Part shown: in pieces, positions 1 to 9,721 of the stretch
Layout of the letters: each line of letters begins with the position of its first letter
How positions within the stretch are numbered: position 1 is the stretch's first letter
Assembly (NCBI GenBank): GCA_034437535.1
Contig: DAOTTZ010000029.1
Location: 6,367-70,366, forward strand
Reading direction: 5' to 3'
Length of the DNA stretch: 64,000 nt
Source of the DNA: Anaerolineae bacterium
GTDB lineage: Bacteria; Chloroflexota; Anaerolineae; Aggregatilineales; Phototrophicaceae
Program-made: the position numbers and the translations under genes
The notes under the pieces: model-generated
The model's database searches: none
What the model was told of the DNA's origin: nothing
Seen by the model: the letters and a program-made list of their open reading frames with translations, nothing else

Positions 1-1038
1 ACCGCGCAAGTACCAACACTCGATTTTATCCGACCCATAACGGACGCAATCCTCAAACGACTCAATCGCGCCTTCATAATTGCGCCGGACGTACTGCATC
101 TGCCCGCGCTGAGCGTAGGCATCGCCATATTCCGGGTTGATCTGTATCGCCCGATCACAATACGGCTGGGCGACATCAAACCGCGCTTGATCCACCCCGG
201 CGTAGACCTGGCACAAGCGCAGATACGCTTTCTCGTTGTCTGGGTCCATCTCCAGGATGCGCTCGTAAGTGGCGATTGCCATTTCCGGCTCGCCGACTTG
301 ATTCAGGTTATAGAGTGCGGCCAGATAAAAGTATGGCGTGACCAGATTCGGGTTTAGGCCGATGGCACGCTCTAATGCTTCGATGGCGGCGCGATAATTG
401 CCCTGGTAGACATACGGCCACTGCATCGACATCTGCACAAAGATGTTGTTCGGGTCGATTTCCTGCGCCCGTGTGACCATGCGAAGCCCTTCCTGCCAGC
501 GGCCCAGGTTGGTATACGCCACACCCTGTGCGGCGTATAAGGGTGCGAAGGTCGGGTCAACGTCTACGCCCTGGATGGCGACCTGAATCGCCTGGGGCGA
601 GTCGGTAAACATCAGGTTGCGGGCCTTCAGCGCGTAACCACGCGGATCATCCGCCGCGACGTCGATGGCGTGTTCGGCGACGATCAACGCCTCTTCGAAG
701 CGTTCCGCTTCCATCAGCATACTACCGTATTCATAGAGGTAATCAATGTTATCCGGGCGTTGCTGTAAAGCATTTTCGAAGGCGATAATCGCGTCGTCCA
801 GGTCTCCCCCATAGAATAATTCCATACCCTGGCGGGCGTAGTTGCTGGCAAAGGGGGTCGCGGTGGGGGCCATGCCGACGGCATCCAGCGCGGCCAATTG
901 CAGACGGTTGAAGTTCAACATGAAGAACACGGCCAATCCCCCCAGCAACAAGCCGATGAGGAACAGGACGCGGGCACCGATGCCGCCACGCCGTCTACCT
1001 GTGAAAAACGAGCGCGAATAATCCCGGCGAATTTGCAT
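1..1038 (-). CDS. TPR-repeat protein with N-terminal membrane anchor (partial; gene runs off window start)
   Basis: Minus-strand ATG at 1038..1036 (MQIRRDYSRSFF...). Hydrophobic segment LFLIGLLLGGLAVFFMLNF, then repeated 34-aa TPR-like units (AIIAFENALQQRPDN, AIEALERAIGLNPN, AIATYERILEMDPDN). No in-frame stop down to position 1, so absent from the ORF track. Confidence 0.6.
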   Translation of the reverse strand, partial: MQIRRDYSRSFFTGRRRGGIGARVLFLIGLLLGGLAVFFMLNFNRLQLAALDAVGMAPTATPFASNYARQGMELFYGGDLDDAIIAFENALQQRPDNIDYLYEYGSMLMEAERFEEALIVAEHAIDVAADDPRGYALKARNLMFTDSPQAIQVAIQGVDVDPTFAPLYAAQGVAYTNLGRWQEGLRMVTRAQEIDPNNIFVQMSMQWPYVYQGNYRAAIEALERAIGLNPNLVTPYFYLAALYNLNQVGEPEMAIATYERILEMDPDNEKAYLRLCQVYAGVDQARFDVAQPYCDRAIQINPEYGDAYAQRGQMQYVRRNYEGAIESFEDCVRYGSDKIECWYLRG

Positions 1039-1270
1039 AGACTAACAACCCTCAACTTAATTGACACAAATTGCACCCCACCGGCATCACATCTGGTGAA
1101 AGATGGCAGGATAGACAACTCTACCATTATAAAAGATGCTGGTCTTTGATTTTAGGCCCGGCCCGCCAAACTTAACATAATTATTGCAAATCTCAGGGAA
1201 GACTGGCATTTTCCGCCAATTGAGCAGACAATAGAGGCACAATGATGAGTAAATGTAAAAGGGCGATCAG

Positions 1271-1687
1271 ATGACAACATGGATGGTCGTAGAAGACGAG
1301 CCGGATCTGTATGATATGGTGTTGGCGATGTATGACACCCTGGGCGTGAACGGTGTCGCATTCGCCAATGGCGAAGAAGCAATGGAATGGATCGAAGCGG
1401 TGGAAAGTGGGCACTTCCAAGACGAGATCCCGGAGCTAGCCCTGATTGACATCCGGCTACCGGGCAAGGTGAGCGGGGTCGATGTGGCCGAACGGATGCG
1501 CCAGAGCAGTAACCTGGGGCATGCCGCCATCGTCTACATGACCGCGTACCGGTTATCGCCCAAAGACGAGAAAGCCGTCATCGCCCGCGCCGATGCCGAC
1601 AAACTGATCTACAAACCCCTGCCGGAAATCAACGTGTTTGAGACCGTCCTGCGTGATCTCATCAAGCAACGGAATGAGATGGGCTGA
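1271..1687 (+). CDS. single-domain CheY-like response regulator receiver
   Basis: 138 aa. N-terminal VVEDEPDLYDMV acidic pocket, central LIDIRLPG (phospho-acceptor Asp), conserved YKPLP Lys region. No output domain. Confidence 0.75.
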   Translation: MTTWMVVEDEPDLYDMVLAMYDTLGVNGVAFANGEEAMEWIEAVESGHFQDEIPELALIDIRLPGKVSGVDVAERMRQSSNLGHAAIVYMTAYRLSPKDEKAVIARADADKLIYKPLPEINVFETVLRDLIKQRNEMG

Positions 1688-2103
1688 TGTCTACCTGGAT
1701 GTTGCTAGAGGACGAACCCGACCTGTACGATATGATCCTGGCAATGTATGAAGTCATGGGCATTGGCGGGGTCGCCTTCGGCACCGGGGAAGACGCGGTT
1801 GATTGGATCCGGGAAGTAGATAGCGGGCGATATACTGACGAATTGCCAGAACTGGCCCTCTTAGACATTCGAATGCCCGATCACATCAACGGGGTGATGG
1901 TCGCGGCCCGGTTACGAGAAAGCGCGGTCTTGAATGATCTCGTCATCGTGATGATGACCGCTTACCGCATGAACCCGGACGAAGAAAAAGATCTAATCGA
2001 ACAGGCCGGCGCGGATTTCTTGATCTACAAACCCCTGCCCAAGCTGGACGAATTGCATTATATCCTCAACGGCTTGCTGTTGAAGAAGCGCGACGATGAG
2101 TAA
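1687..2103 (+). CDS. single-domain CheY-like response regulator receiver (tandem paralog)
   Basis: 138 aa, ~50% identical to the upstream gene (LLEDEPDLYDMILAMY, LLDIRMPD, LIYKPLPK). Start ATG overlaps upstream stop (TGATG). Confidence 0.75.
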   Translation: MSTWMLLEDEPDLYDMILAMYEVMGIGGVAFGTGEDAVDWIREVDSGRYTDELPELALLDIRMPDHINGVMVAARLRESAVLNDLVIVMMTAYRMNPDEEKDLIEQAGADFLIYKPLPKLDELHYILNGLLLKKRDDE

Positions 2104-3292
2104 TGTGCTTGCCAGCCTGAACGAAGCCTTCTTGAATCAGATCCTGGCGGGGTACATCGACCAATTCAGCGGCTCACGGGTCATCCGCACTGCTTCGGTG
2201 ATGATCACTTACACCGCGTTAGATAATCCGGTCTTCACGCTACCCCACAGCGGGGATAGCGGCTTTATCATCCAGGTGCCCACGCTGGATATTCGGCTTT
2301 ATCGTTACCGGGATGGCGAACGCGGGCCGGAACTGGGCGGGAGTCAGTTTGAATTGACCGTGCGCGGTAATTTCCGGCTACAGCCCCCACGTAATAGCGA
2401 CCCTGGCGGAAGCATCCAGATCCACATTGACGACTGTGAGGTCAACGGCGGCAACCCGATTGGGCGGGCCATCGTGAGTCTGTATATCAACAACACCGTG
2501 ATCCCGGCGTTAAAGGCCCGCCTGCCCGCCGTTAAAATCCCCAACCTGCGGCAGTTGCTCGGCTTCCCGGTGACGGTAGACCGCGTGCATACCGCCAACC
2601 GGCAACTTTATCTGCTGATGACCGTGCCCGATGCCCCACACCCGGCCACGCCACCGCCCGTCATCACCCAGACTGACGAACCAAGTGTGTTCATCTGCGC
2701 GACAGATGCCGCCATCACCGCATCCCAGGCCAGCTTTAAGGTCAAGCGCGGGGTAGACGAAGACACCGATTTCCCCCTGCCGATGGGCGTCAAGTTGGGA
2801 TTGGCATCCTTGCATCTGGTGGGGTACGTCCAGGCAGACGACCTGAACGTTCGCATCCACAGCGGCGAACCATCCTGTGGGGTCAACCTGACGGCCAGTG
2901 CCGGCCTCAAAGTCGGGATGAAGCCCCTCGGCCAGTACGATCTCGGACTTAAACCACGCATCACACCGCCCCGCTTTAGCCTGGATCTCAAATCAAACGA
3001 CGAACGAATCTATGCCGTCATCCAGATGGAGTCGAGTCCGCTGGTGAATTGGGAGATTCCCGGCATCCCGCGTGTCATTCAACCGGCCCTGCGTGATCTG
3101 CTCGGCTGGGTTGATTCGTCGATGAGCATGGTATACGACACGCTGGATGCTGGCCTACGAGTCATTCGTATTCCGATTGTCTCATTCGCGGATTGGTCGT
3201 ATCTTATGCATGTGGAACAGGTGCGCTTTGAAGGCAACAGCGTGCTGGTGCATCTGGTGGCCGATCAACGTGAGGAGGAGGTACCATCATAA
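2096..3292 (+). CDS. hypothetical protein (398 aa), operonic with the two receivers
   Basis: ATG 2096 overlaps the upstream receiver gene by 8 nt. Long ORF with coding-like composition. No motif I can recognise. Confidence 0.55.
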   Translation: MSNVLASLNEAFLNQILAGYIDQFSGSRVIRTASVMITYTALDNPVFTLPHSGDSGFIIQVPTLDIRLYRYRDGERGPELGGSQFELTVRGNFRLQPPRNSDPGGSIQIHIDDCEVNGGNPIGRAIVSLYINNTVIPALKARLPAVKIPNLRQLLGFPVTVDRVHTANRQLYLLMTVPDAPHPATPPPVITQTDEPSVFICATDAAITASQASFKVKRGVDEDTDFPLPMGVKLGLASLHLVGYVQADDLNVRIHSGEPSCGVNLTASAGLKVGMKPLGQYDLGLKPRITPPRFSLDLKSNDERIYAVIQMESSPLVNWEIPGIPRVIQPALRDLLGWVDSSMSMVYDTLDAGLRVIRIPIVSFADWSYLMHVEQVRFEGNSVLVHLVADQREEEVPS

Positions 3293-3369
3293 GCGGTCAA
3301 ACCGTTCGCATCCCGCAGAGCTTCCCGGCGGGCACCGTCGTCGCGGTCGCCGTCAGTGAAGCGGATTAC

Positions 3370-3945
3370 ATGGCAACCTATGCCGAGACCTTTCATGAGT
3401 GGATTGATGGAGTCGTGGTCAAGATGTCACCTGTCACGTTGCGTCATGCGCAAATCGTAGATTATCTGCGCCACCTGCTCCAGACCTATTGTTCGCTCCG
3501 TCCGGTGGCACAGGTGCTCAGTGAGCCATTTGTCATGCGGCTTGATCTGGGTGACCGCATCAGCCGCCGAGAGCCAGATCTACAGGTGATCTTAAACGCC
3601 AACCGTGCGCGAGTTCAAGCCACGTACACCGATGGCCCGGCAGATATTTGCATCGAGGTAGTCTCCCCTGGCAGTGTGGCGATTGACTACGGCGAAAAGC
3701 TAGTCGAGTACGAAGCGGGTGGCGTACAAGAATACTGGATCATCGACCCGGAACGGCAATTGTGCCACTTTTACCGCCGTCAGGGAGATTATTACCAACC
3801 GATCCCGCGTACTGATGCCCACACGACCCCGCTTTTGCCCGCATTTCGGCTGGATATTGCGACCCTGTGGGCGGATGATCTACCAGATATTCTGGATGTG
3901 GTCGAAATAGTGAAGGTCATGCTGGCGGAGGATGAAACCAGATGA
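3370..3945 (+). CDS. Uma2-family (DUF820) putative restriction-endonuclease-like protein
   Basis: HEWIDGVVVKMSPVTLRHAQIVDYL, PDLQV, EVVSPGS, EYEAGGVQEYWIIDPE. This is the typical PD-(D/E)xK-like Uma2 signature. Confidence 0.7.
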   Translation: MATYAETFHEWIDGVVVKMSPVTLRHAQIVDYLRHLLQTYCSLRPVAQVLSEPFVMRLDLGDRISRREPDLQVILNANRARVQATYTDGPADICIEVVSPGSVAIDYGEKLVEYEAGGVQEYWIIDPERQLCHFYRRQGDYYQPIPRTDAHTTPLLPAFRLDIATLWADDLPDILDVVEIVKVMLAEDETR

Positions 3946-4478
3946 GCGGTGGTGAGCTTTACGTCTTAGCGTTACAGATCGGCCTGGGGTACTTACTGCC
4001 GGGGGCGGCCTTGCTCCGGGCGATTTATATGGGCTTGCGTGGTCGCCTGCCGGAGGGCCTGCGCGACATCGCCATCGCCGCTTTCATCGCCGGCCTGGGG
4101 TCGATCATGGATGGTGACGCCGAAGATCTGGGCCAGGCGTTGTTTGAAGTCGTCGGGAACGCGGTCTTCGTCGGCGGCGTGCTGACCTTTACCCTGGTTT
4201 ATCTGCTCAAGTTACCCAACCTCGGCCCCTGGGTTGATGGCATTATCGGCGGGTCGCTCGGTTTCATCGTGTGGATCGTGTCAGTTTATATCTTTAACAA
4301 CCCCTGGCCGACGTGGAGCGGACCATTAACCGCCGTCGCCGGGGCGATGATCTTCATCGGTCTGCGCTCACTCATCCGGCGGATGGCGGATCTACTGCGG
4401 TTAGCTCGTCGCTTGATCCTGGTGGGTGGGGTTCTGGGGGTGATCGGGGTCGGGCTGTGGTTGCTCACCGCTGGCTGA
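3942..4478 (+). CDS. polytopic membrane protein, unknown function
   Basis: ATGA overlap with the Uma2 gene. Four or more hydrophobic helices rich in G/A/L/V. Confidence 0.5.
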   Translation: MSGGELYVLALQIGLGYLLPGAALLRAIYMGLRGRLPEGLRDIAIAAFIAGLGSIMDGDAEDLGQALFEVVGNAVFVGGVLTFTLVYLLKLPNLGPWVDGIIGGSLGFIVWIVSVYIFNNPWPTWSGPLTAVAGAMIFIGLRSLIRRMADLLRLARRLILVGGVLGVIGVGLWLLTAG

Positions 4479-5601
4479 TGCGCTTGAGTCGCTCCCCGGC
4501 CAGCCGCGCCCCGATGATGTTACGAGCCACCGGCCCAATCTCCAATTCTGCCAATGCACCAGCCACATACAATCCATCCGCCCAACAAAGCGTCTCATCA
4601 ACCACTGGATAACCGCACCCGGCCACCGGCAGATCGTAGCGCGTGATGGCGTCAGCCAGCCAGGCCCCACCCGGTCGCGCCGGTTCGAAGCCGGTACATA
4701 GCACAACCTGATCCGCCTGGATTGAGTCACCATCGGCCAGGGTCAGGGTCGAGTCCGTCAGCGCGACGCCTTCCCCCCGGTGGATGCGTAAGCGTCCGGC
4801 GGCTTGAGCTTTCTGCAAAGCGGTGTGAATGTCCGGCGGGATCGAGCCGGTATGCCGCGCATCACGGATCATGCGCCGCCGTTCGGCATAATCATCAGTC
4901 GCGTGAAACGCATCCAGGCAGAGCGACGTCACCCAGCACGGATCGCTGTCAAAATCATGCACCCGGAGCGGATGGCGCGTCAACAACGTCACGTCACGCT
5001 CTGCCGATAGCCGGAGTGCGGTCTGCGCCGCGCTGATGCCGCCGCCAATTACGACACACGCCGGGCCATCATCCAGCATGAAACCCGGCGCGAAAATGTG
5101 CTGAACATGCGGCCAGGGCGCGGCCCAACCGGGCACCCGTAATGCATCAGACGCCCCGATTGCCAGGATCACCCGGCGGGCGACTAACCGGCTGTCGTCA
5201 GTCTCGACCTGCCAGCCGTTCGAGTGGCGCAGTAACCGCCGGGCCTGCCCGCGAATCATCAGATCTGGGATCGCGTAACGCGCTAGCAGATAATCAGTAT
5301 AAGCGCGGAACAATGCCAGCGCGGGTCGCTCATAACGCGGGATCGACTCATCCAGCGGACGCCCCCGTTTGGTCTGACGAAAGGTACGGATTGAGAACGG
5401 GTCAAAGTGCAGGTGATGCACCCCCGGCGACCGTAGATAGGTCATCCCGACTGCCGCCGTCATTTGACGCCAGCGGGCCAACGGTACCGGGTGCGGATCC
5501 AGCAGGCGCACCCGGTCACGCGGCACACGGTCCCGCCCGATGAGTGCGACCGCCAACGAGACACCCTGCACCCCCGCGCCGATAATCAGCCAATCAAACA
5601 T
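4465..5601 (-). CDS. FAD/NAD(P)-binding oxidoreductase, class-B flavin monooxygenase-like
   Basis: N-terminal IIGAGVQG Rossmann motif, second VVIGGGISAAQTA dinucleotide motif, C-terminal DQVVLCTGFEPARP resembling the ATG(Y/F) motif of N-hydroxylating monooxygenases. Confidence 0.6.
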   Translation of the reverse strand: MFDWLIIGAGVQGVSLAVALIGRDRVPRDRVRLLDPHPVPLARWRQMTAAVGMTYLRSPGVHHLHFDPFSIRTFRQTKRGRPLDESIPRYERPALALFRAYTDYLLARYAIPDLMIRGQARRLLRHSNGWQVETDDSRLVARRVILAIGASDALRVPGWAAPWPHVQHIFAPGFMLDDGPACVVIGGGISAAQTALRLSAERDVTLLTRHPLRVHDFDSDPCWVTSLCLDAFHATDDYAERRRMIRDARHTGSIPPDIHTALQKAQAAGRLRIHRGEGVALTDSTLTLADGDSIQADQVVLCTGFEPARPGGAWLADAITRYDLPVAGCGYPVVDETLCWADGLYVAGALAELEIGPVARNIIGARLAGERLKRISQR

Positions 5602-5609
5602 TTAGTCTT

Positions 5610-6386
5610 TTAGTCTTCGGTTTCACGACTACCGACGATAATCAGTTGCGCCCCATGTAAGGACTCGGTCGGCAGGCGTTTATACATCTCACCCGGCCCG
5701 GTGAGGATCGCCCGCCACACACTATCCCCACGCTGTTGGTGGATCTCCTGCAACAGGTCGGTGGTTGGCGCGATCACGCTGATCTCGACATCGGCCACCC
5801 GCAAAATACCGGTCTCTGCATCCGGCGTCACGCCGAAGGTGGCCGCCAATTGCGCTTGCACCGCCGCTGGATCTGCCGCGACATGGAGCAGAGACCGCAC
5901 ACCCAGGGCCAGGTTCGCATGGGTGACTCGTTCTTCCGCACCGGGGATTCGCAAGTGTCGCTCGGTCTCGTCGCTAATCAAGATCACGGTCACCCCACCG
6001 ATCACCAGCCGGGCCAACCGCCACTTTAGCACCACCCCATCGTCACGGGTGCGCTGGCCGGCGGTTACCTCTGGTGCAGATACGCCCCGGTCGCGCAGGC
6101 CCTGCACTGCCGCGTCCAGGTCATCCACCTGGAAAGCGTAGCCGATGATGCCTTCGGTGTTCTTCAGCATAGCGGCGAAATCTGTCGTCGTCGTCCCGGC
6201 TTCCGGCTTCTCCCCGGTCGGGGCGATCAACTCCAGGTAAGATCCATCACGCAGACTGATAATCGCGTTATGGGTCGTCCCGGCGGCATGTTGGCCGCCC
6301 GAATGCACCGTAAAACCAGTGGCTTCATAATCTTGCATCGCATCTTTCAGCGTTTTAACGCCAATAATGATGTGATCAAATCGCAT
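5610..6386 (-). CDS. VOC (glyoxalase/bleomycin-resistance/dioxygenase) family protein
   Basis: Track ORF begins at a TTG (6434) that sits 6 nt after a perfect TATAAT. The internal ATG 6386 (MRFDHIIIGVKTLKDAMQDYE...) is taken as the start. Two glyoxalase-like beta-alpha-beta-beta-beta modules. Confidence 0.6.
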   Translation of the reverse strand: MRFDHIIIGVKTLKDAMQDYEATGFTVHSGGQHAAGTTHNAIISLRDGSYLELIAPTGEKPEAGTTTTDFAAMLKNTEGIIGYAFQVDDLDAAVQGLRDRGVSAPEVTAGQRTRDDGVVLKWRLARLVIGGVTVILISDETERHLRIPGAEERVTHANLALGVRSLLHVAADPAAVQAQLAATFGVTPDAETGILRVADVEISVIAPTTDLLQEIHQQRGDSVWRAILTGPGEMYKRLPTESLHGAQLIIVGSRETED

Positions 6387-6440
6387 AATTCGACGTCCCC
6401 AAAGTAACAAACTTGATATTATATTGTAGCCCAATTTGCG

Positions 6441-6446
6441 ATTATA
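6441..6446 (-). promoter_or_regulatory. -10 box (TATAAT) for the VOC / oxidoreductase operon
   Basis: Perfect TATAAT on the minus strand ~50 nt upstream of the ATG at 6386. The -35 element is weak. Confidence 0.4.
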
Positions 6447-6465
6447 CCCTAACCAGACTCATGAA

Positions 6466-7296
6466 TTAATAATAAATAATGGCATATACAATTGTGCCGA
6501 CGAAGTGAGCATCCGCCCGCTGAAAGAGATACGCGGGTGACGCCGGTGTGTAAAGTTGAAGCAACCTGTCGAAATCATCAACCGGCAGATGTGGGCGGAT
6601 CAATGGCGCGGTGTGACAGGCAAACAACGCAGAAAGATAATCAACCACCGGCGGCGGAAACGGCGGGCGATAACTGACAGAAGCCACCGCAACTTGCAGA
6701 TCCAACCGGCGGCAGGCGGCATAAAATGCCGCTTCGTAGCGGGTGCCAGCGGCATAGTCAGTCTCGTTGATGGCTTGCTCGTAGGCGGCATCCACCCGTG
6801 CTTGCAGGCCACGATCCCAGGCGTAAAGCGTGGGCCGGATGATGTTGTTCGTCTCCAGCAAGAGCACGCCCCCCGGCTTGAGCATCTGCCGGGCTGATTC
6901 TAAATGCGGGAACAAGTCTAAAAACGGATTTCCCACATATAACACATCAAAGCTGGCAGGCGGGAAGGGTAAAGGCCGCAAGACATCGCCTTGCCGGAAG
7001 TTCAGCCGGTCGTCGGGTGGGCCAGTCTGGGCCAGTTCGTCCGCGTCGATCTCAATACCGGTGACGTGGGCTACGCCAGCATCCAGCAACAACCGGCTCT
7101 TGGTACCGCTACCACAAGCCAGGTCGAGCGCGTCACCCCGCAGGCCGACGGTCGCCATCATTTGCCGCAGGGCCGGCGCGTAAAATTGCGCGGTCAACCG
7201 GGTGATGGCCGCCCATAATGCCGTTTGGTATCGTTCTTGTTCGGGGTGGTCAGGATCCTGAGCCAATGCCGGGATCAAATGGGGTGGGATCAACAT
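6466..7296 (-). CDS. class I SAM-dependent methyltransferase
   Basis: Motif I LDLACGSGT and a post-I acidic residue (GIEID). Track start TTG 7311 lies inside the rpmB terminator hairpin, so ATG 7296 is preferred. Confidence 0.65.
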   Translation of the reverse strand: MLIPPHLIPALAQDPDHPEQERYQTALWAAITRLTAQFYAPALRQMMATVGLRGDALDLACGSGTKSRLLLDAGVAHVTGIEIDADELAQTGPPDDRLNFRQGDVLRPLPFPPASFDVLYVGNPFLDLFPHLESARQMLKPGGVLLLETNNIIRPTLYAWDRGLQARVDAAYEQAINETDYAAGTRYEAAFYAACRRLDLQVAVASVSYRPPFPPPVVDYLSALFACHTAPLIRPHLPVDDFDRLLQLYTPASPAYLFQRADAHFVGTIVYAIIYY

Positions 7297-7300
7297 GATG

Positions 7301-7335
7301 AGACAAGACAAACGCCGCCGATATAAGCGGCGGCG
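7301..7335 (-). terminator. rho-independent terminator downstream of rpmB
   Basis: CGCCGCCG / CGGCGGCG 8-bp GC stem with a 7-nt loop. On the minus strand it is followed by TTTGTCTTGT. Confidence 0.55.
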
Positions 7336-7344
7336 CGGCGGTGC

Positions 7345-7584
7345 CTAAAGCACACTTTTCAATGTGCGGCCCTGACGTGCTAAAAATTCTTGCACGCCGA
7401 TCTTGTCAATCGTCTTGATCTCTTTCGCTGTCACCTTCAAGCGCACCCACCGGTCGAGTTCCGGCACGTAGAAGCGTTTATTCTGGATGTTGGGCTTCCA
7501 CTTTCTGCGGGTGGCCTTCATGGAGTGACTGCGGTTATTGCCGAATTGCGGCTTAACGCCTGTAACTTTACGTTTGCCCGGCAT
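7345..7584 (-). CDS. rpmB: 50S ribosomal protein L28
   Basis: MPGKRKVTGVKPQFGNNRSHSMKATRRKWKPNIQ matches the L28 consensus. GGAGGT SD 6 nt before ATG 7584. The upstream ATG 7596 is part of that SD. Confidence 0.9.
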   Translation of the reverse strand: MPGKRKVTGVKPQFGNNRSHSMKATRRKWKPNIQNKRFYVPELDRWVRLKVTAKEIKTIDKIGVQEFLARQGRTLKSVL

Positions 7585-7709
7585 GAGTACCTCCATAACA
7601 GCTTGCTTTGACTCCGATATTGTAATGCATCCTGGCGCGGAAAGGTAGTGTAGACCCGCTGATTACCCATCATCAAGCTACGCTTGCCCCCCGTCCGGGT
7701 GGAGTGAGC

Positions 7710-7715
7710 TATAAT
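7710..7715 (+). promoter_or_regulatory. -10 box (TATAAT) upstream of the SBP gene
   Basis: Perfect TATAAT 45 nt before ATG 7760. The -35 element is poor. Confidence 0.35.
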
Positions 7716-7759
7716 GGCGGTGAATTTTGGCAACGACATCAATCAAGAGAGAGACCGAT

Positions 7760-9658
7760 ATGAGACAAGTGATCTTCGGGCTGTGTGTGGCCCTGCTGAT
7801 GATTCCACTCGGCACGCTGGCGCAGGACGATGCAACCGAGCGCGTGCCCCTGCGTGTAGCGGGGACAGGCTACCCCACCACGTTCGACCCGCTGTTTGCG
7901 TCATCCGCCGCAGACGCGCAAATTTTACCCAACCTGTTCCTGAGCCTGACACGCATCGACCCGCTGACCGGCGCACCCAACCCTGCCCTGGCCGAGTCCT
8001 GGTCGATCAGCATCGACGGCCTGACGTGGACGTTTACGCTACGCGATGACATCCCCTGGGTACTGTATGATCCGGTACAGGATACCTTTGAGCAATTCCG
8101 CACCATCAACGCCGACGACATGGTGTACAGCATCCAGCGGTTGTGTAGCCAGGCCGAAGGCGGTTATTATGCGACGGATGTCGTCGGCCAGCGCATCGCC
8201 GGCTGTGCGGAGGGCCAGGCCGCCGGGGATGGCACCTTGGCCCAGGTCAGCGCGGAGGGCAACGACCTGCAAATCACGTTGACCGCACCTTACGCTTATT
8301 TCGACTCGATTGCTTCGTTATGGACGTTGGCCCCGGTCCCGCGTGAAGCCCTGGACGGCTTCGGTGACCAATGGACGATCCCCGGTAACTTAATCACCAG
8401 TGGTGCATTTGCCCTGGCGGAAGCCAGCCTGGAGACGAACACATTGACGCTGGTCGCCAATCCCTTCTTCCCGCCAGATTTACGAGCCGGGGGCAACGTT
8501 AACGTGGTCGAATACACCCGGACAGAGGAAACCACCACCGCTTTCCGGTTATACCGGGATGGTCTGGTCGATCTCGCGCCGATCCCGGCCTCTCAACAAA
8601 CGGCGATCTTCGCCAACGAAGACTTTAGCGGCGAAACCTATGCCGTACCACAATTGACCGTGTTCTACCTGGGTTTTGACACCAGCCAACCGCCCTTTGA
8701 CGACATACACGTCCGCCGGGCCTTTTCCGCTGTGCTGGATCGTGACGGCTTCATCGAGACAGTGCGCGACGGACGCGGCACGCCGGTCAAGCATTTCATC
8801 CCGGAAGGCATCGCGTTTGGCCCGCCGCGCAACTTCTCAGAGACGGTCGGCTTCAACCTGGATTTCGCCCGTGAGGAAATGACCCGTTCGGCCTATCCGA
8901 ATTGCGCCAACTTACCGCCGGTGACGATCTACACCTATGAGGGTGCCAGCGGTTGGGCTGGCTTCCTGGTGGATAGTCTGGTCAACGAGTTAAATTGTAG
9001 CGATACCGCGTTTAATATCGAACGACGGTCATTTACCGACCTTCGCACCGCCATTGACCCCGATACACCAGCGGAACAACGCCCGCAGATGTTCACCTTT
9101 GGCAACAGCCCGGATTATAACGACGCCAGCACCTTTGCGGATGTGCTGACCTGCGGCCCGGAAAATTACTTCGGGCGGCAAACCTGTGATAGCGTGGACG
9201 ACTTGATTCGCTCCGCCGGGCTGACGACCGACCCGAACGCCCGGACGGAAGGTTATCAACTGATCGAGGCGGCATTATTCGGTATAGAAGGTCGCTTCCC
9301 GTTGATCCCACTGTTCCAGTTGACGCGCTACACCGCCGCCAAGCCCTGGGTCAGCGGGCCGATTGAGACGGTCTACGACGCCCGATATTTTGACGCCTAC
9401 AGCGTCGATACTGAAGCACGCGGCGCGGTGCTGGTCTGTTCACTTTCCGCCGCACAAAATGTGAACCTGCGCGGTGGCCCCGGCACAAACTTTGATGTGG
9501 TCGGCATGCTGGAAGCCAATGTCGCCCAGAACGCAGTGGCGCAGACCAACGGCACCGATGGCTTCACCTGGTGGCAGGTAGAAAGCGGCGCGTGGGTACG
9601 TGAAGATGTGGTGTTGGAAGACGGCATGTGTGCCGCGCTCCCGGTTGTGGATTCTTGA
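7760..9658 (+). CDS. family-5 (DppA/OppA-like) solute-binding protein with C-terminal SH3b-like domain
   Basis: ATG 7760 after a GA-rich RBS. Signal peptide MRQVIFGLCVALLMIPLGTLAQ. SBP_bac_5 signature LAESWSISIDGLTWTFTLRDDIPW. C-terminal ~70 aa (NVNLRGGPGTNFDVVGML...WWQV...AWVRED) looks like a bacterial SH3 domain. No permease or ATPase genes nearby. Confidence 0.75.
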   Translation: MRQVIFGLCVALLMIPLGTLAQDDATERVPLRVAGTGYPTTFDPLFASSAADAQILPNLFLSLTRIDPLTGAPNPALAESWSISIDGLTWTFTLRDDIPWVLYDPVQDTFEQFRTINADDMVYSIQRLCSQAEGGYYATDVVGQRIAGCAEGQAAGDGTLAQVSAEGNDLQITLTAPYAYFDSIASLWTLAPVPREALDGFGDQWTIPGNLITSGAFALAEASLETNTLTLVANPFFPPDLRAGGNVNVVEYTRTEETTTAFRLYRDGLVDLAPIPASQQTAIFANEDFSGETYAVPQLTVFYLGFDTSQPPFDDIHVRRAFSAVLDRDGFIETVRDGRGTPVKHFIPEGIAFGPPRNFSETVGFNLDFAREEMTRSAYPNCANLPPVTIYTYEGASGWAGFLVDSLVNELNCSDTAFNIERRSFTDLRTAIDPDTPAEQRPQMFTFGNSPDYNDASTFADVLTCGPENYFGRQTCDSVDDLIRSAGLTTDPNARTEGYQLIEAALFGIEGRFPLIPLFQLTRYTAAKPWVSGPIETVYDARYFDAYSVDTEARGAVLVCSLSAAQNVNLRGGPGTNFDVVGMLEANVAQNAVAQTNGTDGFTWWQVESGAWVREDVVLEDGMCAALPVVDS

Positions 9659-9678
9659 GCTTAAGGCAATATGACGGC

Positions 9679-9710
9679 ATGAGGCGGCGATGCAGGGCTG
9701 GCCGCCTCAT
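9679..9710. terminator. 10-bp perfect inverted repeat between convergent genes (candidate bidirectional terminator)
   Basis: ATGAGGCGGC-(12 nt)-GCCGCCTCAT. No clear U-tract on either side. Confidence 0.35.
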
Positions 9711-9721
9711 ATTGGCTGGGG

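Noticed and set aside
6386-6434. TTG start at 6434 for the VOC gene, as given in the track
   Set aside because: A perfect TATAAT sits 6 nt upstream of that TTG, so it lies at or before the TSS. The ATG at 6386 (MRFDH...) is the credible start.
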